From Octopus sinensis (Eukaryota), in assembly GCF_006345805.1 (NCBI RefSeq), contig NW_021836696.1, forward strand, positions 1-23,040: a stretch of DNA of 23,040 nucleotides, given 5' to 3'. The notes beneath the pieces were generated by a model. That model was not told the origin of the DNA. It did no database searches and saw only the letters and a program-made list of their open reading frames with translations. Below are positions 20,718 to 23,040 of the stretch, in pieces. The stretch's first letter is position 1. Each line of letters begins with the position of its first letter. The position numbers and the translations under genes are program-made.

Positions 20718-21104
20718 GATGGAAGCACTCCGTCGGTTACGACGATGAGGGTTCCGGTTGATCCGATCAACGGAACAGCCTGCTCGTGAAATTAACGTGT
20801 AAGTGGCTGAGCACTCCACAGACACGTGTACCCTTAACGTAGTTCTCGGGGATATTCAGCGTGACACAGAGAGTGACAAGGCCGGCCCTTTGAAATACAG
20901 GTACAACAGAAACAGGAAGTAAGAGTGAGAGAAAGTTGTGGTGAAAGAGTACAGCAGGGATCACCATCATCCCCAGCCGGAGCCTCGTGGAGCTTTAGGT
21001 GTTTTCGCTCAATAAACACTCACAACGCCCGGTCTGGGAATCGAAATCGCGATCCTATGACCGCGAGTCCGCTGCCCTAACCACTGGGGCCATTGCGCCT
21101 CCAC
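20718..21104 (-). mobile_element. Full-length SINE family C with tail 3
   Basis: Head and middle match 4050-4240; 20718-20905 is a different ~190-bp tail; flanked by atatatacatatat at 20704-20717 and 21105-21118 (low-complexity, possible TSD). Confidence 0.9.
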
Positions 21105-21850
21105 ATATATACATATATACATACTATATACACATATTTATGTATATATACGAATTATACAATGGAATCGGCTCTATAATAAAAAAAAATATTACGAATA
21201 GAATAGGTTAGAAGCTGTGGATTTACGTCCCAGAAAAATTCCTTCCAGACGTATAGTGTTAAAAAGACGGTATATATCAGAGCTAGGCAAAACGACATAG
21301 TCCCAGAAATGATCACGAAAGCGACAACTACGTATTTCGCCGTAGATACAGTTTATCAATGACCTTTCACATCCGAAACAAAATCGTATTCACTAGTCTG
21401 AAGTACATATAGAAAGTGTATGATTTATCTAATGGTTTACAATGGCACTACATTGATTTTTCAAAGAGATATTCATATCAATAGAGCAGCCGCCGAACAA
21501 TATGACGATACATACTATATTTTGTCTGTGCCAAAGAACACTTATCAGTCTCTTATGTTTGCACTTGACAGATGTTATGATGGGTGTGTTTCACCAATAC
21601 TCCTTCAGTTGATGTATATGCATGTATTCAGTAACAGAGGAATTCTCTATATTTACTCCAGGACGGTCTGTTTTAAAGCTATTGTATATTGTTTATAAAA
21701 CTATTTATCTATCAATCTACATATGTTTGTTCTTCTGTACATCGGTTTGTATGTGAGCACGCATAAGTGAATATATATATGCATGTATGTATATATATGT
21801 ATATATGTGTATGTATGTATGTATGTATGTATGTATGTATGTATGCATGC

Positions 21851-21884
<34 letters not shown>

Positions 21885-21887
21885 TAT

Positions 21888-22157
21888 TAAATAAAGATGG
21901 TCATGCCCAGTCTTTGGGTTGCCTTGGGTTTCATGTCCATAAAGCACTTAACTTTACGGTGTCCCTTCAGACTCTAAAGGCCGGTGGTCTACAACCTCTT
22001 TTGAAAGTGGAGAGAGAAAATACCTCCTGGCTTCCACGTTGAAGAGAATCAATACACGACCCGCTGTCAGGGTCCGAAGAAATGCCGTAAAGCGAAGTGC
22101 TTTATGGACGAGAGATCCCGGGTAGCACCATAAACCGACCATAACTATCTTTATCTA
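21888..22157. mobile_element. Imperfect ~270-bp foldback (MITE-like) element
   Basis: gtccataaagcactt..ctttacgg..cttc.gac.ct pairs with its inverse at ~22070-22110; weaker pairing continues inward (ctctt/aagag, gtgga/tccac) and outward (taaagat/atcttta). Confidence 0.7.
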
Positions 22158-22223
22158 ATTACTCTGATGCTCTATAACTTAGAGTGTGCTTCTCTTTCAG
22201 ATTTATGATTTACTGATGATATA

Positions 22224-22322
<99 letters not shown>

Positions 22323-22892
22323 GTGCGTGTGTGTGTAAGCTTGCATGTATGTATATATGTATGTACACATATACATACTCACAAATGCACATGTATATAT
22401 CTATGAATGGAAGCCTTATCACTGAAAATATGAAAGGTCAATGTTAAAAATCCTTACTATCATTATGACTTCAAAGAATCAAGAAGTTAGAGAAGCATCT
22501 GAAACTTCTGGGCTCATCTCCATGGATCACTGCAAAATTTAGTTCGAATTGGAATATAAAAGAATAAGAGAGAAATTATAATTTATCTCTTAGGTTAGGT
22601 CTTAGCTTTTTCCTTTAGATGTGGTCTAAAAGTGCTTCTCTGAAAACAAAGTAACTTGACTCTGTGTGTGTGTGCCTGCATGTGTGTATGTTTGCATGTG
22701 TCTATGTGTATGTATGTATTAATGTATGTATGCATGTGTGTGTATGCATAAATATACATATGTATACTTACATTCATGTTCCATATTTCCTTTGCATAAA
22801 TCGCACACTTTATACTTGATTATACTGTAAAAATTTATTTATACATGAGTAAATACTGTATGTCTATGTGTGTGTTGTATATATATATATAG

Positions 22893-22896
22893 TCTC

Positions 22897-22936
<40 letters not shown>

Positions 22937-22979
22937 CTATATATAGAGAGAGAGAGAGAGAGAGAGACATAGATAGATA

Positions 22980-23028
<49 letters not shown>

Positions 23029-23040
23029 CAGACAATAGAT
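22893..23040. repeat. Compound microsatellite (CT)n-(AT)n-(AG)n followed by (GATA)n
   Basis: Direct reading. Confidence 0.95.

Noticed and set aside
1-23040. Remaining short ORFs in the track as genes; CRISPR or prokaryotic systems
   Set aside because: The ORFs are microsatellite or SINE translations. There is no repeat-spacer array or operon-like coding density; the DNA is clearly eukaryotic and repeat-rich.

Overview
AT-rich, microsatellite-dense animal genomic DNA (intergenic or intronic). I see no supportable host exon. The SINE repertoire suggests a cephalopod, probably Octopus (inference from recall, not checked). Almost all recognisable sequence is transposon-derived: several tRNA-derived SINE families with exchangeable heads and tails, two CR1-group LINE relics, a Tc1 relic, a complete but internally deleted mariner, a CRE-like restriction-like-endonuclease (RLE) fragment and two foldback elements. 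The most notable region is 5.7-9.7 kb. It holds a 5'-truncated Penelope-like element (PLE, GIY-YIG endonuclease) whose last ~1 kb is duplicated as an inverted repeat. Each arm ends in a type I hammerhead-ribozyme fold with a non-canonical UUGAAAA core (U3:A8 in place of C3:G8). A near-canonical hammerhead lies ~200 nt downstream, and a TG...CA direct-repeat element lies upstream. All alignments and folds were done by eye.
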